Source: a virus (Duplodnaviria > Caudoviricetes). Taken from it: a stretch of 25,883 bases of DNA. A program made the translations under genes and the position numbers. Numbering within the stretch: the first letter of the stretch is position 1; every line of letters starts with the position of its first letter. Positions 17,731-25,315 of the stretch are shown piece after piece. The stretch covers positions 1-25,883 of IMG/VR virus record IMGVR_UViG_3300030376_001951. The stretch is one strand, 5' to 3'. Under the pieces are notes generated by a model, which saw only the letters and a program-made list of their open reading frames with translations, did no database searches and was not told the DNA's origin.

Positions 17731-18051
17731 ATGGCTTTACAATATACATTTACAAGTTCAACAGGCATTACATCTAGTAGTGCTTATCACAAAATATATA
17801 AAATAATATACAACGCTAAAAAATCAACGGCAACCGCTTGTGCAGAGGTGTTTCACGATGTGTCAGCTAGAAACAGTAATAAAACGCCTATTGACGTTGT
17901 GGAGTTTGAGTTTGCAATGGCAGTAGGTAACACAGATGATAACCCTGTCAAACAAGCATATGCAGCAATGAAAACAAAAGAATCTGTTAAAGATAGCAGA
18001 GGGAAACCAATTCAAATAGATTACAAAAGTAAAAACGTAAAAGACGTATAA
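17731..18051 (+). CDS. hypothetical protein, probably virion-associated
   Basis: 106-aa ORF in the structural operon with an A-rich start context. Confidence 0.6.
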   Translation: MALQYTFTSSTGITSSSAYHKIYKIIYNAKKSTATACAEVFHDVSARNSNKTPIDVVEFEFAMAVGNTDDNPVKQAYAAMKTKESVKDSRGKPIQIDYKSKNVKDV

Positions 18052-18053
18052 TT

Positions 18054-18635
18054 ATGGCGATTCAACATACTCTCTACATCAGTTCAACAAGGCTCAAGAA
18101 AGATTCAGCATTAGGCGGTTCTGTTTCAGATGATCTAATAATGCCTTATATCTTATTGGCTCAAGATATGCACATACTACCGATATTAGGAACTGATCTT
18201 GATGCTAAATTAAAAGCAGAGATTCAAGCAGGAACATTAGCTAATCAATATAAAACATTAGTTGAAACATATTTGCAACCTGCATTAGTTCAATTTTCTT
18301 TTACGCAATTAATGCCTTATTTAAGATTAAGATTTGTGAATAATGCAGTTGTGGTTATGGGTGCAACAGATCAAAGTTCTTCTGCAACTTATGACGACTT
18401 AAAACCTGTTATGGACACGGCAACTGATGCAGCAGAATTTTATCGTCAGAGAATGATCGACTATTTAAGAAATAATACAAGTTCATTTCCTGAGTATTCA
18501 AGCAACACAGGATCAGACCTTGATCCGACAACGAATAATTACTTTTCAGGAATTAATTTAGATCCAACAACGCCAAGAAGCAATAAAGTCAAAAACTTTT
18601 TACAAGGCGCAGGAATTACAATTTATGGGTGTTAA
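18054..18635 (+). CDS. putative head-tail adaptor
   Basis: Helical 193-aa protein near the portal, with AQDMHILPILGTDL, YLQPALV and AEFYRQRMIDYL..FPEY. Confidence 0.65.
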   Translation: MAIQHTLYISSTRLKKDSALGGSVSDDLIMPYILLAQDMHILPILGTDLDAKLKAEIQAGTLANQYKTLVETYLQPALVQFSFTQLMPYLRLRFVNNAVVVMGATDQSSSATYDDLKPVMDTATDAAEFYRQRMIDYLRNNTSSFPEYSSNTGSDLDPTTNNYFSGINLDPTTPRSNKVKNFLQGAGITIYGC

Positions 18636-18759
18636 AAGAAAAGAATATACTCCAAGCAAGGAGAATTTTAAGAAACTTAAAAAATATATAAAAAAATTAA
18701 ATTATGGCTGGACAAAGACTAACCGACAAATCAGCATTAGCAAACAATCCTGCGAGTGA
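18625..18759 (+). CDS. small basic hypothetical protein (44 aa, MGVKRKEYTPSKENFKKLKKYIKKL...)
   Basis: Fills the gap after the adaptor and overlaps both neighbours. Confidence 0.4.
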   Translation: MGVKRKEYTPSKENFKKLKKYIKKLNYGWTKTNRQISISKQSCE

Positions 18760-19252
18760 TGACCTTTTAATGGTTGTGGATGTTAGCGACACATCATCAT
18801 CAGCAGACGGCACAAGCAAAAAGGTAATTTCTGACTATGTTGTTGCTACAGAAAGAATTAGTATAAATAATGCAGCTTTTTTACAATTGCCTACAACAGG
18901 GCAAAAATTGGTTAACAAAAGGGGCGCAAATACTATTATAATGCCAATTAGTGTAATTGTTCAATACTCAGTAGGAGGAACGCCTAACACTTCTTCGGTT
19001 AAACCTACAATTGGATATGTAGATCAATCATCCAACGAATACTGGGATAAATCATCTAAGGCTTTTCAAGCTCCTGCAAATACTGGTGAATGGTGGATTT
19101 TTCAGGGCAGGGGTGGTTCGGATAAGGGCGTAGGTATTGCTACTTCAATTGTTAATGCAGATTTATATTTTTATTTTGACGGATTACCCTCACTTGGTGC
19201 AACAGGAACTTTAGATATTTGGACAACATACAGAATAATAGACGTATCATAA
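18704..19252 (+). CDS. virion structural protein (fiber/decoration-like)
   Basis: N-terminal RLTDKSAL...DDLLMVVDVSDT...GTSKKV resembles phage fiber attachment segments, followed by a beta-rich domain. Confidence 0.5.
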   Translation: MAGQRLTDKSALANNPASDDLLMVVDVSDTSSSADGTSKKVISDYVVATERISINNAAFLQLPTTGQKLVNKRGANTIIMPISVIVQYSVGGTPNTSSVKPTIGYVDQSSNEYWDKSSKAFQAPANTGEWWIFQGRGGSDKGVGIATSIVNADLYFYFDGLPSLGATGTLDIWTTYRIIDVS

Positions 19253-19425
19253 TGGAAAAATTAGAATACTTCGGTTGCTTTTTTTGTGGAAACCTTTTAA
19301 CAGTTGGAATGATACCAACACAAACAATTGCAGAAACAGTCATTTTAGGACTTCTAGGAGGTTTTGTTGCTATGCTTAGTAAGGATATATATAATTTTGT
19401 TAAAAGTTTCTTAAACGGCAAATAA
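19252..19425 (+). CDS. putative holin / small membrane protein
   Basis: 57 aa from the ATG at 19252 with TAATG coupling at both ends. Hydrophobic VILGLLGGFVAML, directly upstream of the endolysin. Confidence 0.55.
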   Translation: MEKLEYFGCFFCGNLLTVGMIPTQTIAETVILGLLGGFVAMLSKDIYNFVKSFLNGK

Positions 19426-19808
19426 TGGACGATTTCAAGTATTTCAGTTGGAAAGAGTTTGATTGCAAAAGTGGAAAAGGAAAAGGGATAGACAATATGG
19501 ACAAAGAATTTATCTGTTTATTAGATGATGCGAGAGGTTATGCGGAAGTGCCATTTAAGATTACATCAGGATATAGAACGCCAGAATACAACAGAGCGTT
19601 ATTAGAGCAGGGATATAAAACCTCAAAAAATTCATCACATACAAAAGGATTAGCAGCAGATATATATGTTAAAGATTCTTATATGAGATTTAAAATTGTA
19701 ACGGCATTAATGATCGTTGGAATAAATAGGATTGGAATTGGAAACAATTTCATTCATTGTGACATAGACAAAGACAAACCACAACAGGTTTTGTGGACTT
19801 ATTATTAA
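19425..19808 (+). CDS. endolysin, peptidase M15A family
   Basis: EFDC, ITSGYRT, SSHTKGLAADI (H-x6-D) and FIHCD zinc-ligand motifs. Confidence 0.9.
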   Translation: MDDFKYFSWKEFDCKSGKGKGIDNMDKEFICLLDDARGYAEVPFKITSGYRTPEYNRALLEQGYKTSKNSSHTKGLAADIYVKDSYMRFKIVTALMIVGINRIGIGNNFIHCDIDKDKPQQVLWTYY

Positions 19809-19822
19809 TTAAATTTTTTATT

Positions 19823-19999
19823 ATGACAGATTTTATATTTACAAATTGGTTAGAATTATTAATTGGATTTATGGCTTTTATTAAGATCGTAATTAACTTA
19901 ACGCCAACAGAAGATGACAACCAAGTCTTTTCATATTTAGATAGTATATTCAATGCTATAATTCCTAACTACAAAAAAGGTGGTGGAAAGCATGAATAA
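19823..19999 (+). CDS. small membrane protein, holin-like
   Basis: One TM segment (WLELLIGFMAFIKIVINL) followed by TPTEDDN. ATG at 19823 is the likelier start. Confidence 0.55.
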   Translation: MTDFIFTNWLELLIGFMAFIKIVINLTPTEDDNQVFSYLDSIFNAIIPNYKKGGGKHE

Positions 20000-20228
20000 T
20001 TTATTAAAATTTATAGACATTACTTCAATTTTTAAGGACAAAAAATTTGGTGATTTAAAAAGGTGGTCAGCTAAAAGAACTATCGGTGGTGCAATAGTCA
20101 TATATGCTCTTAATACTATGGGTGAAAGCATTAGTTGGCAGGGTGTTGTGCTTTGTGCTATCGGTATTCTTCCGTTATGTTTATCGATGTTTGAATGCAG
20201 AAAGTGTGATAAAAAATGTAATGTTTGA
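19992..20228 (+). CDS. small two-TM membrane protein
   Basis: WSAKRTIGGAIVIYAL and WQGVVLCAIGILPLCL hydrophobic segments, within the lysis region. Confidence 0.55.
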   Translation: MNNLLKFIDITSIFKDKKFGDLKRWSAKRTIGGAIVIYALNTMGESISWQGVVLCAIGILPLCLSMFECRKCDKKCNV

Positions 20229-20986
20229 AAAGAGAATACAGACTTAGATTAACAAAAACAGAACACGATTTAATAAAAGAATATAGAGATAATAATGGTG
20301 AGGTTAGAAATTTTCTCTGTGTAGGTGATCTACATGAACCATTTTGTTTAGATGGATATTTAGAGCATTGCTTAAATGTTTATCACAAATATAATTGTAA
20401 TGGCGTAATAATGTTAGGTGATCTGATCGACCTACATTTTTCCTCTTTTCACACCTCAGATCCTGATGGATATGGTGCAGGTGAAGAACTTAATCGAGCA
20501 GTTGATAAAATTAAAGTTTGGTATGAGCATTTCAACAATAAAACTGTTCCAAATGGTATTTTTGTTTGCATTGGTAATCATGATGCTATTATACGCCGTA
20601 AGGCTTTTGAATCTGGTATTTCTAAAAAATGGGTTCGTGACTATAACCAAGTATTAGAATGCCCTGATTGGAACTTTAAAGAATATCACAAAATTGATGG
20701 CGTAATATACACGCATGGAACAGGAACATCAGGCAGAAACGCATCAGTAAATAAAGCATTACAATTTGGAGATTCAACAGTTCAAGGGCATATCCACACA
20801 GAAAGTTCTATAATATATGTTGGTCAGGGGTTGTTCGGAATGCAAATTGGTTGTGGGGTGAATAGGGAAACGTATAGCCAAAATTATGCCAAATTTTTTC
20901 CTAAAACATACAAAATAGCGTGTGGTGTGGTATTAAATAACGGAAAACTTCCTATCTTAGAACCATTAACAACGTTATCTAAATAG
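20225..20986 (+). CDS. calcineurin-like metallophosphoesterase
   Basis: Full motif set GDLH, GDLID, GNHD, THG, GHIH. TTG start overlapping the upstream TGA. Confidence 0.9.
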   Translation: MKREYRLRLTKTEHDLIKEYRDNNGEVRNFLCVGDLHEPFCLDGYLEHCLNVYHKYNCNGVIMLGDLIDLHFSSFHTSDPDGYGAGEELNRAVDKIKVWYEHFNNKTVPNGIFVCIGNHDAIIRRKAFESGISKKWVRDYNQVLECPDWNFKEYHKIDGVIYTHGTGTSGRNASVNKALQFGDSTVQGHIHTESSIIYVGQGLFGMQIGCGVNRETYSQNYAKFFPKTYKIACGVVLNNGKLPILEPLTTLSK

Positions 20987-20991
20987 TAATT

Positions 20992-21126
20992 ATGAAAGAT
21001 AAAAACCTATATACAGAAAAACTTCAATTGGGTGCTTATTATACTTATGACAAAAACCATAAAAAGGTTTATGACATAAAAGGTATAAGAAAGGACTTTA
21101 AGAGGTTAATCGAAAAATTGAAATAA
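20992..21126 (+). CDS. small hypothetical protein (44 aa, MKDKNLYTEKLQLGAYY...)
   Basis: ATG 5 nt after the phosphoesterase stop. Its TAA abuts the stop of the convergent gene at 21127. Confidence 0.6.
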   Translation: MKDKNLYTEKLQLGAYYTYDKNHKKVYDIKGIRKDFKRLIEKLK

Positions 21127-21444
21127 TTAATGTGGCGGGATTCCATAGTAATCCTCAAATCTCTCGCATTCAATTTCATACATTTCATGCTGAGTAATTA
21201 GCTTAGGCGAACTGTCAGCATCAACTATTTCTTTGCCTTTATATAACTTCATTCTTAGACCAGATATATAGTCACCTCTTTGAGCATTATTTAATACATT
21301 ATTCCAATTCTTAAAGTTGCGCATATTGTCAAATAATACTGTTCTATAACTTTTGCTTATGCCTTTAAAAAAAACATAATATATCTGTCCACCATGATTT
21401 GAATTGTAGCTTTTGCTTTTCTTAACAAATTGTAGTGTTTTCAT
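21127..21444 (-). CDS. hypothetical protein (MKTLQFVKKSKS...)
   Basis: Last gene of the leftward operon. The start at 21444 lies 1 nt after the upstream stop, more plausible than 21543. Confidence 0.7.
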   Translation of the reverse strand: MKTLQFVKKSKSYNSNHGGQIYYVFFKGISKSYRTVLFDNMRNFKNWNNVLNNAQRGDYISGLRMKLYKGKEIVDADSSPKLITQHEMYEIECERFEDYYGIPPH

Positions 21445-21445
21445 A

Positions 21446-21706
21446 TTAATTTCTTTTAAACATTTTATTAGGTCCATACATAAAAATCTCATGTTCTTCT
21501 GAATCCTTTTCGAAGTAGTCAATAAATTTAAAAGACGATTCATCTTTTATTAATTTAGAAACAAACTTTTCTAAATCTTCTTCTGTGGCAAATAATTCTA
21601 TTTGATTATATTTATATTTTAAATCTGTTATTTCAAGATTAAGGTTGTATGGATTATCAACACCACAATTGACATATCCTTTTCCTGTTATTATCCAATT
21701 TTTCAT
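21446..21706 (-). CDS. hypothetical protein
   Basis: 86 aa with ATGA coupling to the upstream gene. Confidence 0.7.
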   Translation of the reverse strand: MKNWIITGKGYVNCGVDNPYNLNLEITDLKYKYNQIELFATEEDLEKFVSKLIKDESSFKFIDYFEKDSEEHEIFMYGPNKMFKRN

Positions 21707-21930
21707 ATATTTATTTTTTTAGAATGTTCGTTACATTTAGAACAAACATCTGATTCATTAATTAATTTAGCGTTACAACAATTTGACACTTCTTCTGTGA
21801 TCCTTTCAAACATTACTGTCATGCCTGTTTCAGCGAGATAAGTCCAATCGTCCTTAGCTTTGTATTCTAACCAATCTAAACGCCCTTGCTTAGTTGATAC
21901 GTTTATTTCTTTTATTTCAATTGTTCTCAT
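21703..21930 (-). CDS. hypothetical protein with a C-terminal zinc-ribbon-like motif
   Basis: SNCCNA...VCSKCNEH, with ATGA coupling on both sides. Confidence 0.7.
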   Translation of the reverse strand: MRTIEIKEINVSTKQGRLDWLEYKAKDDWTYLAETGMTVMFERITEEVSNCCNAKLINESDVCSKCNEHSKKINI

Positions 21931-22106
21931 TGTATAGTAATATTAGTTGAACCTTCTAATTCTTTTTGATATTCTCTTGTCTTTTCTAATAGCACATTAA
22001 TAGAATCTACATCATAGAACATTCCTTCTCTTTTTGATTCCTGTCTTTGTTTTATTAGTTTAAGTTCTAAAGCATCTAATGCTAATTGTATAATTGATTT
22101 ATTCAT
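21927..22106 (-). CDS. hypothetical helical protein (59 aa, MNKSIIQLALDALELKL...)
   Basis: First gene of the leftward operon, with ATGA overlap at 21927-21930. It is not in the ORF track. Confidence 0.7.
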   Translation of the reverse strand: MNKSIIQLALDALELKLIKQRQESKREGMFYDVDSINVLLEKTREYQKELEGSTNITIQ

Positions 22107-22128
22107 AGTTTTAATTGTTTTGTTTCCA

Positions 22129-22136
22129 CAAATATA
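22129..22136 (-). promoter_or_regulatory. Bacteroidota-type -7 promoter element for the leftward operon
   Basis: The minus strand reads TATATTTG, matching TAnnTTTG, 22 nt upstream of the ATG at 22106. There is no clean -33 TTG. Confidence 0.55.
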
Positions 22137-22176
22137 TATAAAATTATTTTAACACGAACATAATAATTCTTTTTAG

Positions 22177-22201
22177 TTATTAACAATCAGAATGTTAATA
22201 A
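22177..22201. repeat. perfect 9-bp inverted repeat TTATTAACA-N7-TGTTAATAA
   Basis: Arms at 22177-22185 and 22193-22201, midway between the divergent promoters. Confidence 0.7.
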
Positions 22202-22218
22202 GTATTAAATTAATTTGT

Positions 22219-22248
22219 TTGCATATTAAAAAAGATTGATTATTATTG
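22219..22248 (+). promoter_or_regulatory. Bacteroidota-type promoter for the rightward early operon
   Basis: TTG (22219-22221), N19, TATTATTG (22241-22248), one mismatch to TTG-N19-TAnnTTTG. Confidence 0.55.
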
Positions 22249-22272
22249 TCCTATAATTTTAAATAAATAGTT

Positions 22273-22476
22273 ATGAATGAGAAATTAAAAGAAACCATTG
22301 AATATGCAATGTTCAAACATAAAGTGTCTAAATTAGAACTTTCTGAATATATGGACGTATCATATCCAACAATGCTTTCAAAGTTAAAGCGACCAGAACT
22401 TATGAAGTTTAGTGAAGCTGATAAATTATGTAAAATTCTAAATATGGAATTAAAGGTGGATTTTTTAAATATATAA
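22273..22476 (+). CDS. Cro/XRE-like HTH regulator
   Basis: SKLELSEYMDVSYPTMLSKL helix-turn-helix and EADKLCKIL. First gene after the divergent promoter region. Confidence 0.75.
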   Translation: MNEKLKETIEYAMFKHKVSKLELSEYMDVSYPTMLSKLKRPELMKFSEADKLCKILNMELKVDFLNI

Positions 22477-22478
22477 AT

Positions 22479-22865
22479 ATGGAAACGAAAAAAGATATTT
22501 TAAATAGATTATTTGTAGAAAATAATTTAACAGATGAAGATGTTTTTAAACATAAGTTTTATAATATAATAACAAGGTCTGGGATTGATAAAATTATGGC
22601 TACTAATAATATTAAAATTAGTTATAATTTAGAGTATAATTCAACGGATTGTAAGTGTATTATAATAAAAGCAACGGCATCAATGGGCGACAAATATATT
22701 GAAACCTATGGCGAAGCATCACCATCAAACAACCAGAATAGCTATCCTGTTGCAATGGCAGAGAAAAGAGCAATGTCAAGAGCCTGTCTAAAATTAGCAG
22801 GATTTTATGAACATCAAGTCTTTGGCGAAGATGAAGCAGACGCATTTAAACGAAGTAATAATTAA
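22479..22865 (+). CDS. putative single-strand annealing protein (Rad52/Sak-like fold)
   Basis: IITRSGID, YGEASP..N and AMAEKRAMSRA.LKL helix. Adjacent to an SSB-like gene. Confidence 0.5.
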   Translation: METKKDILNRLFVENNLTDEDVFKHKFYNIITRSGIDKIMATNNIKISYNLEYNSTDCKCIIIKATASMGDKYIETYGEASPSNNQNSYPVAMAEKRAMSRACLKLAGFYEHQVFGEDEADAFKRSNN

Positions 22866-22878
22866 TAAAAAAATAGAT

Positions 22879-23205
22879 ATGTATACAATAAGAGGTAAAA
22901 TAAAAAACATAGAAGATCAAGAGATCAATACGGCAGAAGGTAAAAATTTTGTAAAAAAATTAGTAACAATAGAAGAAATAACTGATTTTAAAAATCAATA
23001 CCAATTCGAGATATTTGGAGAAGAAAAAATTAACTTAATTGAGCATAGCAAAAAACTATCTCAAGGTCAAATAGTTGATTTAGATTTTTATATAAAAAGC
23101 AGAGAATACAAAGGAAGATTTTATAATTCTTTAATGGTCAAAGATGTTAGAGTAAAAGAAGGAAAAATCATTGAAAACATTATAAGCGAAAATCCACCAT
23201 TTTAA
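22879..23205 (+). CDS. DUF3127-like OB-fold ssDNA-binding protein
   Basis: YTIRGKI..., QFEIFGEEKI, GQIVDLDFYIKSREYKGRFYNSL, and an SSB-type C-terminal PPF. Start at ATG 22879. Confidence 0.7.
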   Translation: MYTIRGKIKNIEDQEINTAEGKNFVKKLVTIEEITDFKNQYQFEIFGEEKINLIEHSKKLSQGQIVDLDFYIKSREYKGRFYNSLMVKDVRVKEGKIIENIISENPPF

Positions 23206-23213
23206 TATATCCT

Positions 23214-23280
23214 GATAGTGCCTGTCTGTAATACTTGTTTTATTTGTTAGTTTATTCTTATATTTAAGACAGGCATTATC
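23214..23280 (+). repeat. 14-bp stem with a 39-nt T-rich loop
   Basis: GATAGTGCCTGTCT (23214-23227) pairs with AGACAGGCATTATC (23267-23280), with one G-U pair on the + strand. Confidence 0.75.
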
Positions 23281-23294
23281 TTAACAATTTAATT

Positions 23295-24047
23295 ATGAAA
23301 AAAACTTATTTTAACCACGATTCAGTAGCAAGATTAGATATTAGAGTTATAAAATTAAGATCAAAATTAGGATATGAAGGTTACGGCGTATTCTGGGCGG
23401 TATTAGAATTGTTATTCACAGAAGAAAATAAACTATGTATAGATGACTATGATTCTTTGGCGTTTGGTTTGCAATGTAATTCTGATGTTTTAAAACAAGT
23501 AATTGAAGATTTTGATTTGTTTGTTTTAGAAGATGGTTGTTTCTATTCAAGGCGTTTGAATAATCATATTGAAGAAATAAATAACAAGTCAAATAAGGCA
23601 AAAGAAAACGCATCTAAGCGTTGGAATAATGCAACCGCAATGCAACCGCATAGCGACCGCAATGCTAGTAAAGTAAATAAGAGTAAAGTAAATAAGAGTA
23701 AAAGTATAGAAGAAAGAATAATTGATTTTAAAAAATCAATTCAATCAATACAAGGAATTAGTGATGAAGATAAAGAAAATTTTTTCTTGTATTGGACTGA
23801 AAAAAATAAGTCTGGTAGCAAATATCGTGCTGAAATGGAACGCACATTCTCAATTCCATTACGATTAAAAAGATGGTCAAGTAATAATTTCAATAAACAA
23901 AAGTCAAGATTTCCAGATTATTTTGATTCATTACTTATGAAAAGAATGGACGATTCATCTAAAAAAGAATACGAAAAACATTTGAAAAATTTAGGATATA
24001 CAACAGAATACAATCCGAACGCAGGACAAAAATGGATTAAAAAATGA
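23295..24047 (+). CDS. replication initiator / replisome organizer (DUF4373-like N-terminus)
   Basis: YFNHDS.AR.D.RVIKLR.KLGYEGYGVFWAVLELL, FYSRRL, NASKRWN, a central repeat linker, and C-terminal FFLYW...RLKRW. Confidence 0.75.
   Translation: MKKTYFNHDSVARLDIRVIKLRSKLGYEGYGVFWAVLELLFTEENKLCIDDYDSLAFGLQCNSDVLKQVIEDFDLFVLEDGCFYSRRLNNHIEEINNKSNKAKENASKRWNNATAMQPHSDRNASKVNKSKVNKSKSIEERIIDFKKSIQSIQGISDEDKENFFLYWTEKNKSGSKYRAEMERTFSIPLRLKRWSSNNFNKQKSRFPDYFDSLLMKRMDDSSKKEYEKHLKNLGYTTEYNPNAGQKWIKK
23628..23700 (+). repeat. iteron-like tandem repeats inside the initiator gene (putative origin)
   Basis: AATGCAACCGC twice (23628-23649), ATAGCGACCGC (23650-23660), AATGC, then AGTAAAGTAAATAAG twice (23667-23696). 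Confidence 0.7.
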
Positions 24048-24400
24048 AAGAATACGAATTACAAAAAGCAGTATGTAAATACTTAGACTTGCAAAATGTT
24101 TTATACTGTGGATCAATGGGCGGTCAGTATCAAGTGCATATGTCACAGAGGATCAAAGCAAAAAAAAGTGGATATAAAAAAGGATTTCCAGATTTATTTA
24201 TTTATGAAATTTCAAAAATAGACAAAAAACTATATGCAGGTTGTGCAATAGAATTAAAGGTTGGATATAATAAAGCTACTAATGAGCAAAGATGGTGGCG
24301 AGATCAATTAAGAGAAAGAGGGTATTATGCTGAGATATGCACAGGAATAGATGAAGCATTAGAAGTTATTAATAATTATTTAAAAGGTAAAATAGAATGA
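24044..24400 (+). CDS. VRR-NUC domain nuclease (putative Holliday junction resolvase)
   Basis: EYELQ, GYKKGFPDLFI, AIELKV and TNEQRWW form a PD-(D/E)xK pattern. Confidence 0.85.
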   Translation: MKEYELQKAVCKYLDLQNVLYCGSMGGQYQVHMSQRIKAKKSGYKKGFPDLFIYEISKIDKKLYAGCAIELKVGYNKATNEQRWWRDQLRERGYYAEICTGIDEALEVINNYLKGKIE

Positions 24401-25044
24401 TACAATTTAATAGAATTTACAATGAAGATTGTTTTGAAACAATGTCAAAAATGAAAGATAATTTTGTAGATATAGTTTTTACATCACCGCCATATAATAG
24501 AAAAAGAAATGATAAATACTATTTTTACAATGACAATAAACAAGATTATTTTAATTTTTTAAAAAAATCAATTATAGAATTTAAAAGAATAACAAAAAAA
24601 TATATTTTTATAAACATTCAGAAAAATTATTATAATAAAAAAGATATATTTAAAATTATAGGTGAATTTAGTAATGATATTTTTGAAGTTTTTATTTGGG
24701 AAAAATCTAATCCTTTACCTGCTTCAGGTTTTAGTATTACTAATTCGTATGAATTTATTTTGTGTTTTTCTAAAGAATTAAAATCAAATAAAACATATAC
24801 AAAAAATCATTTGACAACGTCAGTAAATAGAATGCACAAAAAGCACAAAGCAATTATGAAACAAGAAGTGTCTGATTTTTTTATTAATAATTTTTCTGAA
24901 AAAAATGATTTAATTTATGATCCTTTTATGGGAACAGGAACAACCGCTATTTCTTGTATAAAAAAAAACAGAATATATTTAGGAAGTGAAATAATAAAAG
25001 AGTATTGTGTAATAAGTAAAAATAGAATTTTAAATGAAAGCTAA
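24397..25044 (+). CDS. DNA methyltransferase (beta class, SPPY type, possibly N4-cytosine)
   Basis: IYNEDC, FTSPPYN, IWEK and YDPFMGTGTT. Confidence 0.9.
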   Translation: MIQFNRIYNEDCFETMSKMKDNFVDIVFTSPPYNRKRNDKYYFYNDNKQDYFNFLKKSIIEFKRITKKYIFINIQKNYYNKKDIFKIIGEFSNDIFEVFIWEKSNPLPASGFSITNSYEFILCFSKELKSNKTYTKNHLTTSVNRMHKKHKAIMKQEVSDFFINNFSEKNDLIYDPFMGTGTTAISCIKKNRIYLGSEIIKEYCVISKNRILNES

Positions 25045-25315
25045 AAGAACATTTTTTAATTCACGCAAGGATAGATTATATGACAATTACATTGATACTA
25101 ACAACCACTTGTGGATAATTTTATTTGATAGTGGCGCAGAACTTAGTTTTATTTTACGAGATTTAAAAAAAGATAATAGTATAATAAATTATATTTATAA
25201 AAAACTACATAGTAGATTTGGCAATATAATGGAGATTGAAACAAGCAGAATATCTAATGTAGAATACAACTTAATGAAACAGGCAAATATACCCTCTATA
25301 ACAAAGATATGTTAA
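25034..25315 (+). CDS. hypothetical protein
   Basis: 93-aa ORF overlapping both neighbours. Confidence 0.6.
   Translation: MKAKRTFFNSRKDRLYDNYIDTNNHLWIILFDSGAELSFILRDLKKDNSIINYIYKKLHSRFGNIMEIETSRISNVEYNLMKQANIPSITKIC

Noticed and set aside
502-20650. Minus-strand ORFs in the track (502-708, 1042-1284, 1819-2034, 2647-3003, 10772-11200, 11972-12373, 12462-12659, 16626-16814, 19152-19421, 19750-19953, 19937-20131, 20456-20650)
   Set aside because: They lie antisense to well-supported genes, mostly have the Ser/Phe/Leu-rich composition of shadow frames, and show no motifs.
22660-23613. Minus-strand ORFs 22660-22845 and 23416-23613
   Set aside because: They are antisense shadows of the SSAP-like and initiator genes.
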